The notes: generated from the letters alone by a model not told the origin. A DNA stretch of 64,000 bases from an uncultured Clostridia bacterium (GCA_947585105.1 CANPWV010000003.1:221-64220); one strand, 5' to 3'. Shown: positions 19,101-28,968, counted from the first letter of the stretch. A program made the numbers and translations.

Positions 19101-20751
19101 ATCATTTAATGTTGCTTCATAATTGTTCATAATTGAACTGTTTATATAAACCGTCTGATTTTTATTTGTTAATATTTGAATTTTTTCTGTTTGATCATCA
19201 TAACTTATAGCTGTAGCAACATCTGGCTCAGTTATTCTCATTGATCTAACTAATTCTTGTCTTCCAACAAAATTAACTTCAACATCTTCAGAATCTTTTC
19301 CTTCCAAAGAATATGTTTTTCTTATTCTATCTTTATTGGTGTATGTCATTTTGAACACATCACTTGAATCAGCTGTTAATCTATCAACATCAATGTCAGT
19401 ATAAAGAACTAATGTTGTTCCTTCGTTTGCTGCTCCAGGAGTATATTCTGATTGTGCACCTGAAAGATTTACCCTTAAAACTTTTTTCCCAAAAGGATTT
19501 GTATTTACGTTCCAATTATCTAATGATAATCCATTTTTATACAAAAGAGAAATTCCTGTGATATCCACACTATTTATTGCTGATGGAAATTCAATACTAA
19601 TAGATGGATTTTCAAACAAATCATATCTTTCTTGATCTGTTTTTAATGTGACATTTATAGCAACTTCGTTCTTTTCTTCAACAGATAGAGAATCTGTATC
19701 TACATCAATAGTCATTCTTGACTCTGTTTCTTCTAGATTTATATTTCCTTCTCCAATATAACTCTTAACTTCTTCACCTTTATGTAAGTCAACATGTGTT
19801 ACTGTGTTAATTGATGAAAACAAACTAATTTGGTTTTTAGTAAATTCAGTTTTATCACTAATTACTTTATCATTTTTGATTGATATATCTCCGTCATTTA
19901 AAATATTAGTAAATTCGAATTTTATTGAGCTTAAAGAGATTGGATATTGAAATACATAATCACCATTTACAACTTGACATTCTTTATTAATAAATCCTAG
20001 AATTTCGCCAGTTGGAAGATATACAGTTATATATCCATCTTCTCCAAGAATGTTATTAAATTCTTCTACAGAAACTCTAGTTTGTATGTAAGATGAATTT
20101 TCTCCTAATTCAACTCTTGTATTTGTTGTTATTAAATTTATTCCATCTTGATCATCTTGAACAGTAAGTGAAGTAATGTTTTTTCCACCTGTAATTGATA
20201 GAGTATCTATCGTATTGTAATTTGTTTTATAGCCTAAGTCAGATGTAGCGTTAGCGTAAAGATAGCCTTTATAGATACTTGAATTTTCAGATGTTACTTG
20301 AATTCCAACTTCTGGTTCAACATAAACCTCTTCTTCGCTTGGATTTTCTTCTGTATTTTGATCTTCTCCACCTACTTCTGTTTCGCCTTCTTGGTTGTCT
20401 TCCGGATTTTCTTCTTCAGGGGGTTGACCTTCTTCTACAGATTCTTCTGGGTTTTGGTTTTCTCCTACTACTTCTTCATCAATTGGATTTTCCTCTGAAT
20501 CTCCATTTGGTTCTTCTGTTTGTTCGTCTGGATTTTCTTCTCCAACTGATATTTCGTCATTTTGGTTGTTTTCTTCTTCGCCACCGAACAGCCACCTCAT
20601 CTGGGTTATATGGTTCAGTTTCTCCTCCTACTACTGTCTCACTAACAGCAATAGCGATTTGAGCAAAGCAAGAAAAATAGCTTTGTAAAACAACGAAAAC
20701 ACATAAAATTGCAATAAGCTTTTTCAAAGTTTTTTTCTTTTTTTCCATCAT
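16175..20751 (-). CDS. cell-surface protein A1 (1524 codons once two CGG sites are bridged). Order: signal peptide, acidic linker, Ig-like/DUF11 repeats, Asn-rich tract, SdrD-B-like domain, NVSTG anchor
   Basis: three ORFs (20557..20751, 17214..20600, 16175..17233) collinear with the intact 1781-aa paralog. 4577 nt minus 2 is a multiple of 3. Confidence 0.8.
16280..16294 (-). other. NVSTG sorting-signal-like motif followed by TM segment and K-rich tail
   Basis: LINVSTGRTVEYIMTILIIIIMISAVAMIIIKIKNTKKIYK. Confidence 0.4.
17219..17222 (-). other. frame-break site TCT CGG A in surface protein A1 (C-terminal part)
   Basis: in-frame CGG 2 codons before the stop of ORF 17214..20600. The +1 frame gives GNDLRPTKTYYISG, matching paralog TKTYKISG. 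Confidence 0.7.
17223..17405 (-). repeat. Asn/Gly/Ser low-complexity tract encoded by imperfect AAT/AAC-rich triplets
   Basis: NNSGISGNSGNNNNNNNGNSGNNGNSGNNNNSQNNNQNNNNQNNNSNVNNNSNNNNNNSGNS. Confidence 0.8.
20583..20586 (-). other. frame-break site GTT CGG T in surface protein A1 (N-terminal part)
   Basis: in-frame CGG in the signal-peptide ORF. The +1 frame continues GGEEENNQNDE, an acidic linker as in the paralog. Confidence 0.65.
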
Positions 20752-20890
20752 TTTCTTCTCCTTTGTGGGTTTTTAGGGGATTTGCCAATATTGTTTTTAA
20801 TCAAAATGGCGCAATACACCTAAATATTTATATATTAATATAAAATAATTTTAACTTATTCATACAAAAAATCAATAGGGGGAAAATGGC

Positions 20891-20943
20891 AAAAAAAATA
20901 AAACGGCTTACCCTTACTTACGGAAGGTCTTTCTAGCCGTTTT
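20891..20943 (-). terminator. intrinsic terminator downstream of hicB
   Basis: stem AAAACGGCT/AGCCGTTTT (20900-20908 / 20935-20943), long loop, T8 run on the minus strand. Confidence 0.55.
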
Positions 20944-21062
20944 AGTTATCAAATATTTCTTTTTTATATCATTTTTCTAATTTTTAGTAACAAATTTTTA
21001 AACTTTTCCACCATTTTCTCCGCTATCGTGGACAGCCGTATATATTTTTACTTTTTAACATA

Positions 21063-21512
21063 TTATAGCTTTTTATAAATTCTTTCTAATAAAGCTTCTT
21101 GTAAAACCTGAGAAAAGTTGAGGTTCAAGCTTTCTGCTTTTTTGTTTAACCATTGTGGAATAGTTAAATTTTTTCTAACAGATTTATTACTCCATTTTTG
21201 AAGAAAATCGTCTAAATTGACTAATACTAATGTTTTAAAAGAGCTTATTATATCTTTATCTTCTAGTTCCCAATATTTTTGAACTTCCTTTATATTAATA
21301 TCTTCTAACTTACTTTGTTTAGGAATTTCATTTTTGGTTACATCTTCTACATCTTCTAAATCTTCTAATATATATGAAGCTATTAGATCTTGAGCCATAT
21401 ATAAAGCTTCTTCAATAGTTTTTCCATAAGTATTATTAGTATTTAAATCTGGAACATAAACCAAATAATTTTCTTTAGTTTGAAATATACAAACTGGATA
21501 TACAACTTTCAT
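21063..21512 (-). CDS. hicB: HicB-family antitoxin with C-terminal RHH-like DNA-binding tail
   Basis: MKVVYPVCIFQTKENYLVYVPDLNTNNTYGKTIEEALYMAQDLI HicB fold; GAGGTG RBS before ATG 21510-21512. Confidence 0.75.
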   Translation of the reverse strand: MKVVYPVCIFQTKENYLVYVPDLNTNNTYGKTIEEALYMAQDLIASYILEDLEDVEDVTKNEIPKQSKLEDINIKEVQKYWELEDKDIISSFKTLVLVNLDDFLQKWSNKSVRKNLTIPQWLNKKAESLNLNFSQVLQEALLERIYKKL

Positions 21513-21534
21513 ATTACACCTCACATAATTAAAT

Positions 21535-21721
21535 TTATTTAAGTCCTGCTTGCTTTAGAATTGAATTAAGAGTTTTTATATCAATATCACCTTTGTGTTT
21601 TGGTATTGTTACTTTTCCGCAATTTTATTGGATGTTTATATTGATAATGTGAGCTTTTTGAAGCACCAATACAATACCAACCATCATCTCTTAATATTTT
21701 ATCGATTTGGCGAAAATTCAT
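21535..21721 (-). CDS. hicA: HicA-family mRNA interferase toxin; needs a +1 shift at CGG 21617-21619
   Basis: MNFRQIDKILRDDGWYCIGASKSSHYQYKHPIKL|GKVTIPKHKGDIDIKTLNSILKQAGLK; 187 nt minus 1 gives 62 codons. Confidence 0.7.
21616..21619 (-). other. frame-break site TTG CGG A in hicA
   Basis: in-frame CGG counted from ATG 21719-21721. Confidence 0.7.
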
Positions 21722-21745
21722 ACATTCCCCCCTCTCGATAAAAAT

Positions 21746-21774
21746 ATTATAATACGTATTATGTGTATTGTCAA
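21746..21774 (-). promoter_or_regulatory. consensus sigma-A promoter of hicAB
   Basis: TTGACA (rc of 21769-21774), 17-nt spacer, TATAAT (rc of 21746-21751). Confidence 0.6.
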
Positions 21775-21800
21775 GTTTTTGTTAATCATTTTACTCCTTT

Positions 21801-21851
21801 CTAAAAAATAAAAAAGGCACCTTAACAATAAACAATTATTGTTAAAATGCC
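21801..21851 (-). terminator. intrinsic terminator after the yabE-like gene
   Basis: 15-bp imperfect stem GGCACCTTAACAATA / TATTGTTAAAATGCC followed by a long T-run on the minus strand. Confidence 0.6.
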
Positions 21852-21873
21852 CCCACTATTTAATTTTAATATT

Positions 21874-22857
21874 TTAATAATATATATAACACTCTAGATT
21901 TCTTCTACCGAAACTGTTACATTCAGCTTCTGTTTCCATATAGACATCTAGCTTACTATTTGTAATAGCTCCACCTCTGTCTTCTACTACGAACCAACCT
22001 TCATTCGGACAATTAGCAAAATATGGAATATAAATTATTGTTCCCATTGGTACTCCTGGTCCAGCAGCTACTGTATACCAGCTTGAAGTATAATTACCAG
22101 AAGCTGTTTTACCATAATCTGGATGTGATGGAGCTTTACCTCCACCAGCGTTTGAATACGCTGAAACATTTAATGTAGTAACTGTAGGAGTAATTCCTTG
22201 AACAGCATCTTTTAAAGAAATTGATGAACTAGCTCTATAACCACTAGAACGAGAAACTACTTTTGTAGAAACTTGAATAATCTTATCTACTGGTTCTTTT
22301 ATAACAGTTTCTGATATAACTGTTCTATTTACTTCTACATCATCTTCATATCTTACTTTATATTTAATTTCTTTTATTCCATTTTGACCATCTTGTAAAA
22401 CTTTATCTACTGTATCTGTTCCTGATTGTGAAACATCTTTAGTTACTGTTTCATAAGGAATTTCAACTTGTTCTACAACGATTTTTTCTGTTACTGTAAC
22501 ATAGCTTCCTAATATTTGTTCTGTAGTAACGCTAGTTTGTTCTTCAGCAACAACTACTGGTTTTTCAGTAATTTTAGATATTTCAATTGTTTTTGAAGCA
22601 TCTATTACAGAATTCAAACTTGGACTTACCTTTTCATCTGGTAAAAGAACTATATCATTTTCTTCTAATATATCAGCTACAGTAACTTTAGTTGTTACAA
22701 CTGAAACTTGAGTTTCGTCTGAAAATTTTATAGTAATATAATTTAGATCATTTTTTGACGCAAAAACAACAGCTACAAGTATAGCGATTAATATTATACT
22801 TATAGCAAGTATTTTTCTCAAAATCTTAAATGATGATATATTATCATCTAATTTCAT
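21874..22857 (-). CDS. YabE/RpfB-like protein (TM anchor, DUF348-like repeats, G5 domain, C-terminal 3D domain)
   Basis: G5-like GQNGIKEIKYKVRYEDDVEVNRTVISETV; 3D-like TASGNY...VAAGPGVPMGTIIYIP...VVEDRGGAI...LDVYM. Confidence 0.7.
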   Translation of the reverse strand: MKLDDNISSFKILRKILAISIILIAILVAVVFASKNDLNYITIKFSDETQVSVVTTKVTVADILEENDIVLLPDEKVSPSLNSVIDASKTIEISKITEKPVVVAEEQTSVTTEQILGSYVTVTEKIVVEQVEIPYETVTKDVSQSGTDTVDKVLQDGQNGIKEIKYKVRYEDDVEVNRTVISETVIKEPVDKIIQVSTKVVSRSSGYRASSSISLKDAVQGITPTVTTLNVSAYSNAGGGKAPSHPDYGKTASGNYTSSWYTVAAGPGVPMGTIIYIPYFANCPNEGWFVVEDRGGAITNSKLDVYMETEAECNSFGRRNLECYIYY

Positions 22858-22924
22858 AGATTAATCCTCTCTTTCAAATGACTAGTTCGATTATACTACT
22901 ATTTCCTTAATTTGTCAAATTTCT

Positions 22925-23479
22925 TTAAAAGCTTACTTTTACGTTCTTTCTAGCTTCTTCATTTTCTACTTCAAATAATTCTGATTTTTCAAAATGAAAA
23001 ATACCAGCAATTATATTTGTAGGAATTACATCAATCTTTGTATTATATTCATTTACAGAATTATTATATGAAAGTCTTGAACTAGCAATTTTTTCTTCTG
23101 TACTTGAAAGCTCACTTTGTAATTGTAAAAAGTTTTCATTAGCTTTTAACTCTGGATAATTTTCAGCAACTAAATAAATAGATTTTAAACTATTATTTAA
23201 ACTTGAATTTAATTTTCCTTTTTCTCCAACTGTTTTAGCTTCATTCCAAGATGTTCTAAGTTCAGTAACTTTTGTTAAAACTTCACTTTCATGTTTAGCG
23301 TAGCCTTTTACAGTTTCAACTAAATTTGGAATTAAATCAAATCTTCTTTGTAGTTGAACATCTATTCCGCTCCATTCTTCTTTTACTTTATTTCTACTAG
23401 AAACTAATGAATTATAGCCTAAAGCTACTAATACAGCTAAAACTAAAATTACTACAATTACACCAATTAAAATTCCCAT
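22925..23479 (-). CDS. lemA: LemA family protein
   Basis: N-terminal TM then YNSLVSSRNKVKEEWSGIDVQLQRRFDLIPNLVETVKGYAKHE. Confidence 0.8.
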   Translation of the reverse strand: MGILIGVIVVILVLAVLVALGYNSLVSSRNKVKEEWSGIDVQLQRRFDLIPNLVETVKGYAKHESEVLTKVTELRTSWNEAKTVGEKGKLNSSLNNSLKSIYLVAENYPELKANENFLQLQSELSSTEEKIASSRLSYNNSVNEYNTKIDVIPTNIIAGIFHFEKSELFEVENEEARKNVKVSF

Positions 23480-23544
23480 TATTATACTTCCTTTCTCTAT
23501 CTAAAATAGCTTTGGCTTCTTGCCAAAGCTATTTTTCTCTTTAA

Positions 23545-24435
23545 TTATTTGTCATAATTATTATATTTAGAATACTTTTTATAGAATACATAACCTAGTA
23601 TAGCTAATACTACTATTATCGGAACTATTGTAAATCTAGCACCTGTTTTTGGTAAATTTGTATCAGATACTGTATTGTCTACTGGTTTCTGTTGTTGACC
23701 ATTTTGATTTGGTGTTTGTGATTGATTTTGTGTTACATTTTTAGTTTCATTTCTTGTCTCGTTTTTAGTTTCATTTTTTGTTTCGTTTTTTACTTCATTT
23801 TTTGGTTCATTATTAGTTTCATTTTTCACAGCATTATTTGTATTATTGTTATCTGTAGCTTTTCTCTCACTAACTGTAAGAGCTATAGTTTTATCAGTTA
23901 AAGTTTGTTTTTCTTCAGCATTATCTGTAAATATCTTAAATAACTTATAAACTACTGTAGATTCATGTTTTCCAACACTAACACCATCTTTTACTTTTAA
24001 ATTCAAAGTGATTAAATCTGTATCTTGACTTGTTATTGGTTTAGCAAAATTAATTACAACTTTATAATCTCCATCTTTTGAAGCAGGATCAACTGTAAAA
24101 ATTATTCCTACATCTGATAAATTAGAAGAATCATAAACAGGTAATATATTGTCTTCATTAATTTTTACTTTTTTATTTTCATCAGTTACTATACTATCAA
24201 CTGTCAATTTTTCAACAACATTTTCATCTATATCTATATAACCTTCAACAGCTTTAATTCCGTCATCAGCTTCTAATTTTGTTAATCTTAAAGTTACTTG
24301 AAAATTATCTCCTGGATAAACTGAATTATTAGCTTGTATTTTAAAACCAAGTTCTGCGCTGATAGTGGCATATACACTTGTAGTAAGTAATATAAGCATT
24401 ACAACAATATATAATACAACTTGTCTTTTTTTCAT
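23545..24435 (-). CDS. LPXTG-anchored surface protein with N-terminal cohesin-like domain and KNET repeat stalk
   Basis: signal peptide; VYPGDNFQVTLRLTKLEADDGIKAVEGYIDIDENVVE...LITLNLKVKDGVSVGKH beta-sandwich pattern; LPKTGA + TM + KK tail. Confidence 0.55.
   Translation of the reverse strand: MKKRQVVLYIVVMLILLTTSVYATISAELGFKIQANNSVYPGDNFQVTLRLTKLEADDGIKAVEGYIDIDENVVEKLTVDSIVTDENKKVKINEDNILPVYDSSNLSDVGIIFTVDPASKDGDYKVVINFAKPITSQDTDLITLNLKVKDGVSVGKHESTVVYKLFKIFTDNAEEKQTLTDKTIALTVSERKATDNNNTNNAVKNETNNEPKNEVKNETKNETKNETRNETKNVTQNQSQTPNQNGQQQKPVDNTVSDTNLPKTGARFTIVPIIVVLAILGYVFYKKYSKYNNYDK
23641..23655 (-). other. LPKTG sortase sorting signal
   Basis: NLPKTGARFTIVPIIVVLAILGYVFYKKYSK. Confidence 0.7.
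23738..23832 (-). repeat. about 8 tandem 12-nt units encoding (K/R)NE(T/V) repeats
   Basis: KNETNNEPKNEVKNETKNETKNETRNETKNVT; 12-nt periodicity ttttagtttcat / tttttgtttcgt on the plus strand. Confidence 0.75.
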
Positions 24436-24620
24436 AACAACTATCTCCCCTATTTTTTTATCTACAATAATAAAATAACATTAATAATTAAAAAAATCAA
24501 TAGTTTTTTTATAAAAATTATTATAAAATTTTACCAAAAATAAAAAAAGAAAATTGCCTAATAAATTAAGCAATTTTCTTTTTAAATATATATTTTAAGA
24601 AGGAAATGTTGCAAGCTAAA

Positions 24621-27600
24621 TTATCTTTCGAAACTTACAATTCTATCTGCTCTATATTTTAAGATTAATAAAGCATCTTGGCTATCAACTTCCCCATCGT
24701 GATTTACGTCGGCTGCTGAATTGTAAACTCCTAAAAGAGCTCTTGTATCGTTTATAACTTGTCTTACGATACCAGAATCTAGAGCATCTACTTCTCCGTC
24801 TCCATTTACGTCACCTTTAACAACTGTTTCTAATATTCCTAAAACTTGATTTTCACTTCTGTTTGAAACTGTTACAACAGAACCTGTTTCAATATTTTCT
24901 TTTGAATCATTTTCTGTTACTGTAACTTTATAGTTATTTAAATCAACTAAAGTTTCAGCAAATTCATTTAATTTTGTTTTTGGTTTATAAACTAAGATAT
25001 AATCATCTTCTACATTATAACCATAAGTTAATGGTGTATCAGGTATTGATGGAAGAGTTCCACTTGATCCATTTAATACTTCATAATGAATTTTACAAAT
25101 TGTTCCATAACCAATTCCGTCAAATTCTAATTCATCTGATCCATTTCTTCCTTCAACCATAACTGTAGCAACATAATCACCTGTTTTTTCAGGAACTTTA
25201 ATTTGAGCAAATGTTCCTAATGGTTCAACGATTCCACCTAAACTATCAATACCAAATGATGTATTTTCATGATCTAATTCTTCTAATTGTTTGAATATTA
25301 ATGGAAGTGTTACTTGGAAGAATTCATCTCCAGTTTTAATAACTTTTAAATAAGTTTCTAATGTTTGATATCTAAAGCTTAAGTTAATTCCTACAGCTTT
25401 TAAATATTCTGGAACTGAATAATCATCTGTAAATCCATCTCCATCATGATCATAGCTCATAGCTTTTAGAACATATTGTTCACTAGCGTAGCTAATATCG
25501 CTATATTGGTTTTCAGAAAAATCAGCTGACTGTAAATCAGTCATATTTATTAAGCTAAAATCAAAAGTTCCTGATAATAAGTTTTTCTTTACATCTAACT
25601 CTTGTAATTTTGTTAATACTTCTAATGGTTTAATATCAGATATTTGGTTATAACCTAATCCTAATTTAGTTAATCTTGTAAAGCTTCCCCAGTCTATATT
25701 TGAAATATCAGTTAATAAGTTTTTATAAGCGTATAATTCTCTTAATTCTGTTAAGGCTGTTAATCCTTCAAAATCTCTTACCCAGTTATCATCCATATCT
25801 AAAACTTTTACTCTTGAAAGATAAATATATTCTTGAATCTCATCACCAGATATCAATGATAATTTATGAGCAATTATCATTTTGTAATTAGATTCAATTC
25901 CTGTAAGAGTTCCAGAGTAAGCTTTTTTTGGCATAGCAATTTTAAAATTATAAAGACTATTTTCAATTTTTAAACCAACACCATCTGTTCCATTTTCAAA
26001 AGTTTTAACTGTTATATCACTACTAAAACTACTTCCAGTATATGTTTCTAATTTATCTAACCAGAATGTATCTAAATCTTTTTCTTCATAAACTTCTTTT
26101 AATTCAGCTATTGCTTTACTTGATAAATCACTTGTATTTGATTCAAAAACGTTTTTAATTAAGCAATAATTTTGTATTTTTGATAAAACATCAATTCCTT
26201 TAAATATAAATACAAATTGTTGATAATCAACTAATTCTAATGTTTTATCAGATTTTACCGTTTCTAAAAATTCTGTTATTGGGTAATCAATAGGAACATT
26301 TGAATCTGAAACTTCACCATTGTCTTGAACTATTGATTGTTTTTTTTCTGTTCTAAATTCAATTCCATTATCTTTACCCCATTTTGTTAATAAAGCCCTA
26401 ATTGCTTCATCTTCATATTTTGTTAATCCACCATTTTTTTCAAAATTAGAAACTCTTTCGATTATTGAATTAACATAATTTTGACTAGTTTCTTTGTCAG
26501 ATTCTATTAATTCTTCATAAGTCAATTTATTTACATCTATTGGTAAAAGAGACATTAATAAATATTCTTTTTTGTAAATATTATATAATTTTTCTACATA
26601 TTTATTAATTAAATTTTCAGATCTCTTCGCTGATTCAATAGCTTTATTTTCTTCATCTTTATACTCTTGCATTTGATTTCTCTTTGATGCTTGAGCTTCA
26701 GGTTCAGATATTTTTTCTAATTCTTTTTTAGCTTTTTCATAATTATCACTAGCTTCTTTTGCAATTCCCATTTGTTTGTCATATTCAGTGATATTTGTTT
26801 TTAATTCTTCTAGTATAGTTTGATATTTATTTCTTGTGTTTTCTTCTTCTGCAATTTTATTTTGTTCTAACTCTACAACTCTTGATACAGAATCAATATA
26901 GTTATAAGAAATATCTAAGTTTGATTTTAAACCTACAAATTTTTCAAGACCTCTTAAATCTTTAATTTGTTGATCATGTAATACAAGTGATGGAATATTA
27001 TTTACAATATCATCATCATTTATTACCATTATCAAAGCTTCATCATATTCTCTAGTATATAGATTTTTACCTGATGTTGCTGTAATTTCTTCATTTATCT
27101 CTTGATTATGTGATAATTGTTTCTTTACAGCTTTATAAAGATTTTCATCATCAAAAGCAATACCTGTTTCTGTATCATCAACTACAGCGTAATAAAAACT
27201 CATTTCAGTATTATTTAATTTACTTTTTGAATCTTTTATTTTGATGTCAACTCTAACTAAACCTTTTAAAGCTTTGTAGTTAGTTCCTTCACCTTCAGCA
27301 ACTTTAATTGATAATACTGTAGAACCATTTGCAAATGAATGTTCAAAATCAACTTCAGGTCCTTTTTCATTAAATTTGTAATTTACTTTTGTTACCCAAG
27401 ATGGTTTAATTCTATTTCCATCTTCTAATAAAATATCTGGTAATTCAACTTCAACTGTTTTTGATCTTCCTGTAGCTTCTTCTGAAGTATCAACTTCAAT
27501 TATTTCTCTACCAGTTACTTTTTGATTTGTGATATCTAGTCCTGCGATGCCACTATTATCACCTAATGATTTAATTGACTCTAATTTATTAGAAGATAAA

Positions 27601-27971
27601 TCTAGAGTAACTAAATTCATTTGACTCAAAGCTTCTAAACTTGTATCTTTGTCTAATTCATTTGCGTGTAAGTCAAGATTTGTAACATTTTTAAAAGCTT
27701 CTAATCCAGTTAAATCGTCAATTTCAGAATTTGATAAATCTAAGCTTCTAACTCTAGCAAGTTCTGATTCTGAAATAACAATTTTTCCACTCGCATCATT
27801 ATATTGTGCAGCAATACGTTGTGATGTTAAGTTTTCTTTTACTTTATAGTAAAGTTTACTATTAAGTGTAATCTCTACATTTTCAGCTGCTCTAACTGTT
27901 GTAAATGGTACGAGTAATTGTAGCAACATTGATAAAATCAATATTCCTACGATCAACATTTTCCTCCTCAT
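24621..27971 (-). CDS. secreted leucine-rich-repeat protein (1116 aa) with coiled-coil middle and C-terminal dockerin
   Basis: signal peptide; LRR blocks LDLSNSEIDDLTGLEAFKNVTNLDLHANEL and LTKLGLGYNQISDIKPLEVLTKLQELDVKKNLL. Confidence 0.75.
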   Translation of the reverse strand: MRRKMLIVGILILSMLLQLLVPFTTVRAAENVEITLNSKLYYKVKENLTSQRIAAQYNDASGKIVISESELARVRSLDLSNSEIDDLTGLEAFKNVTNLDLHANELDKDTSLEALSQMNLVTLDLSSNKLESIKSLGDNSGIAGLDITNQKVTGREIIEVDTSEEATGRSKTVEVELPDILLEDGNRIKPSWVTKVNYKFNEKGPEVDFEHSFANGSTVLSIKVAEGEGTNYKALKGLVRVDIKIKDSKSKLNNTEMSFYYAVVDDTETGIAFDDENLYKAVKKQLSHNQEINEEITATSGKNLYTREYDEALIMVINDDDIVNNIPSLVLHDQQIKDLRGLEKFVGLKSNLDISYNYIDSVSRVVELEQNKIAEEENTRNKYQTILEELKTNITEYDKQMGIAKEASDNYEKAKKELEKISEPEAQASKRNQMQEYKDEENKAIESAKRSENLINKYVEKLYNIYKKEYLLMSLLPIDVNKLTYEELIESDKETSQNYVNSIIERVSNFEKNGGLTKYEDEAIRALLTKWGKDNGIEFRTEKKQSIVQDNGEVSDSNVPIDYPITEFLETVKSDKTLELVDYQQFVFIFKGIDVLSKIQNYCLIKNVFESNTSDLSSKAIAELKEVYEEKDLDTFWLDKLETYTGSSFSSDITVKTFENGTDGVGLKIENSLYNFKIAMPKKAYSGTLTGIESNYKMIIAHKLSLISGDEIQEYIYLSRVKVLDMDDNWVRDFEGLTALTELRELYAYKNLLTDISNIDWGSFTRLTKLGLGYNQISDIKPLEVLTKLQELDVKKNLLSGTFDFSLINMTDLQSADFSENQYSDISYASEQYVLKAMSYDHDGDGFTDDYSVPEYLKAVGINLSFRYQTLETYLKVIKTGDEFFQVTLPLIFKQLEELDHENTSFGIDSLGGIVEPLGTFAQIKVPEKTGDYVATVMVEGRNGSDELEFDGIGYGTICKIHYEVLNGSSGTLPSIPDTPLTYGYNVEDDYILVYKPKTKLNEFAETLVDLNNYKVTVTENDSKENIETGSVVTVSNRSENQVLGILETVVKGDVNGDGEVDALDSGIVRQVINDTRALLGVYNSAADVNHDGEVDSQDALLILKYRADRIVSFER
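24624..24830 (-). other. type I dockerin-like module (two Ca-binding loop-helix repeats)
   Basis: GDVNGDGEVDALDSGIVRQVI ... ADVNHDGEVDSQDALLILKY. Confidence 0.7.
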
Positions 27972-28048
27972 TTTTTTAGTCCTCCTTAAATATTTTGTTA
28001 AGCCTATAATAACATTTTAAAAATTTTCGTCAATACCCAAAAAATTCC

Positions 28049-28098
28049 AAAAAAACAGACCGTTTCAAAAGTCCTTACGGAAAGACTTTTTAAACGGT
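28049..28098 (-). terminator. intrinsic terminator after tatD
   Basis: 15-bp stem ACCGTTTCAAAAGTC / GACTTTTTAAACGGT, T7 run on the minus strand. Confidence 0.6.
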
Positions 28099-28188
28099 TT
28101 GAATTTTAAAGATTAAATTTTGATTACATTTTTTGACGTTTTTTACACTTTTTCTAGGAAGATATAGGTTTGAGGCCTTAAAAAATTT

Positions 28189-28956
28189 TTATAATTTATA
28201 AACTTTTATTCCATTTTGATAAGTTATTTCTCCAATTTCTTCTAGAGTTTTATTTTTTATTTCAGCTATTTTTCTAGCTACTTCTATAACATTTCTTGAG
28301 TCATTACGTTTTCCTCTAAATGGCTCAGGGCTAAGATATGGAGAATCTGTTTCAATTAATATTTTGTCTAAAGGAACAGTTTCAACTGGAAGCTCTGGTT
28401 TAGAATTTTTAAAAGTAATTGTTCCACTAAAAGATATATAATAACCAAGTTTTAAGCCATCTTTTATTAATTCTACATTTAATGGGCAACAATGGAATAT
28501 TCCAGTATTTACACATTTATTTTCTTTTAATATTTTTATTGTGTCTAAATAAGCATCTCTTGTATGTATTGTAATTGGCAAGTCAAGTCTATTTGAAATT
28601 TCTATCTGTTTTATAAAAAACTGTTTTTGAAGCTCTCTCATATTAATGTCTTTTTCCCAATAATAATCAAGCCCGATTTCGCCTATTGCAAGAACTTTAG
28701 GATTCTTAGCCATTTCTTCGATTTGTTTTAAATCTTCTAATTTTAAACCTTCTATATCATTTGGAGAAACTCCACATGTACAATAAATATTTTCATGACT
28801 TTCGGCTATTTCTATAGCTTTTCTACTTGATTTAATATTATAGCCGATACACATAAATTTATCTACGCCTGACTCGAAAGTAGCTTTTATAATTTCTTCT
28901 CTATCTTCGTCAAATTTTTCGTCATTATAATGACTATGAGTATCAAATAATTTCAT
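28189..28956 (-). CDS. tatD: TatD family metal-dependent hydrolase
   Basis: MKLFDTHSHY..., GEIGLDYYW, ITIHTRDA, LIETDSPYL motifs. Confidence 0.85.
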   Translation of the reverse strand: MKLFDTHSHYNDEKFDEDREEIIKATFESGVDKFMCIGYNIKSSRKAIEIAESHENIYCTCGVSPNDIEGLKLEDLKQIEEMAKNPKVLAIGEIGLDYYWEKDINMRELQKQFFIKQIEISNRLDLPITIHTRDAYLDTIKILKENKCVNTGIFHCCPLNVELIKDGLKLGYYISFSGTITFKNSKPELPVETVPLDKILIETDSPYLSPEPFRGKRNDSRNVIEVARKIAEIKNKTLEEIGEITYQNGIKVYKL

Positions 28957-28968
28957 TTTTCCTCCATT

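Noticed and set aside
18672-20662. Plus-strand ORFs 18672, 19364, 20279 and 20298
   Set aside because: They are antisense to surface protein A1. The Leu/Phe-rich translations arise from the reverse complement of Glu/Asn-rich repeats.
21722-21800. In-frame upstream ATG (MINKNLTIHIIRIIIFLSRGGNV...) extending hicA
   Set aside because: The extension would be translated across the consensus promoter itself, and the ATG at 21719-21721 gives the canonical HicA N-terminus.
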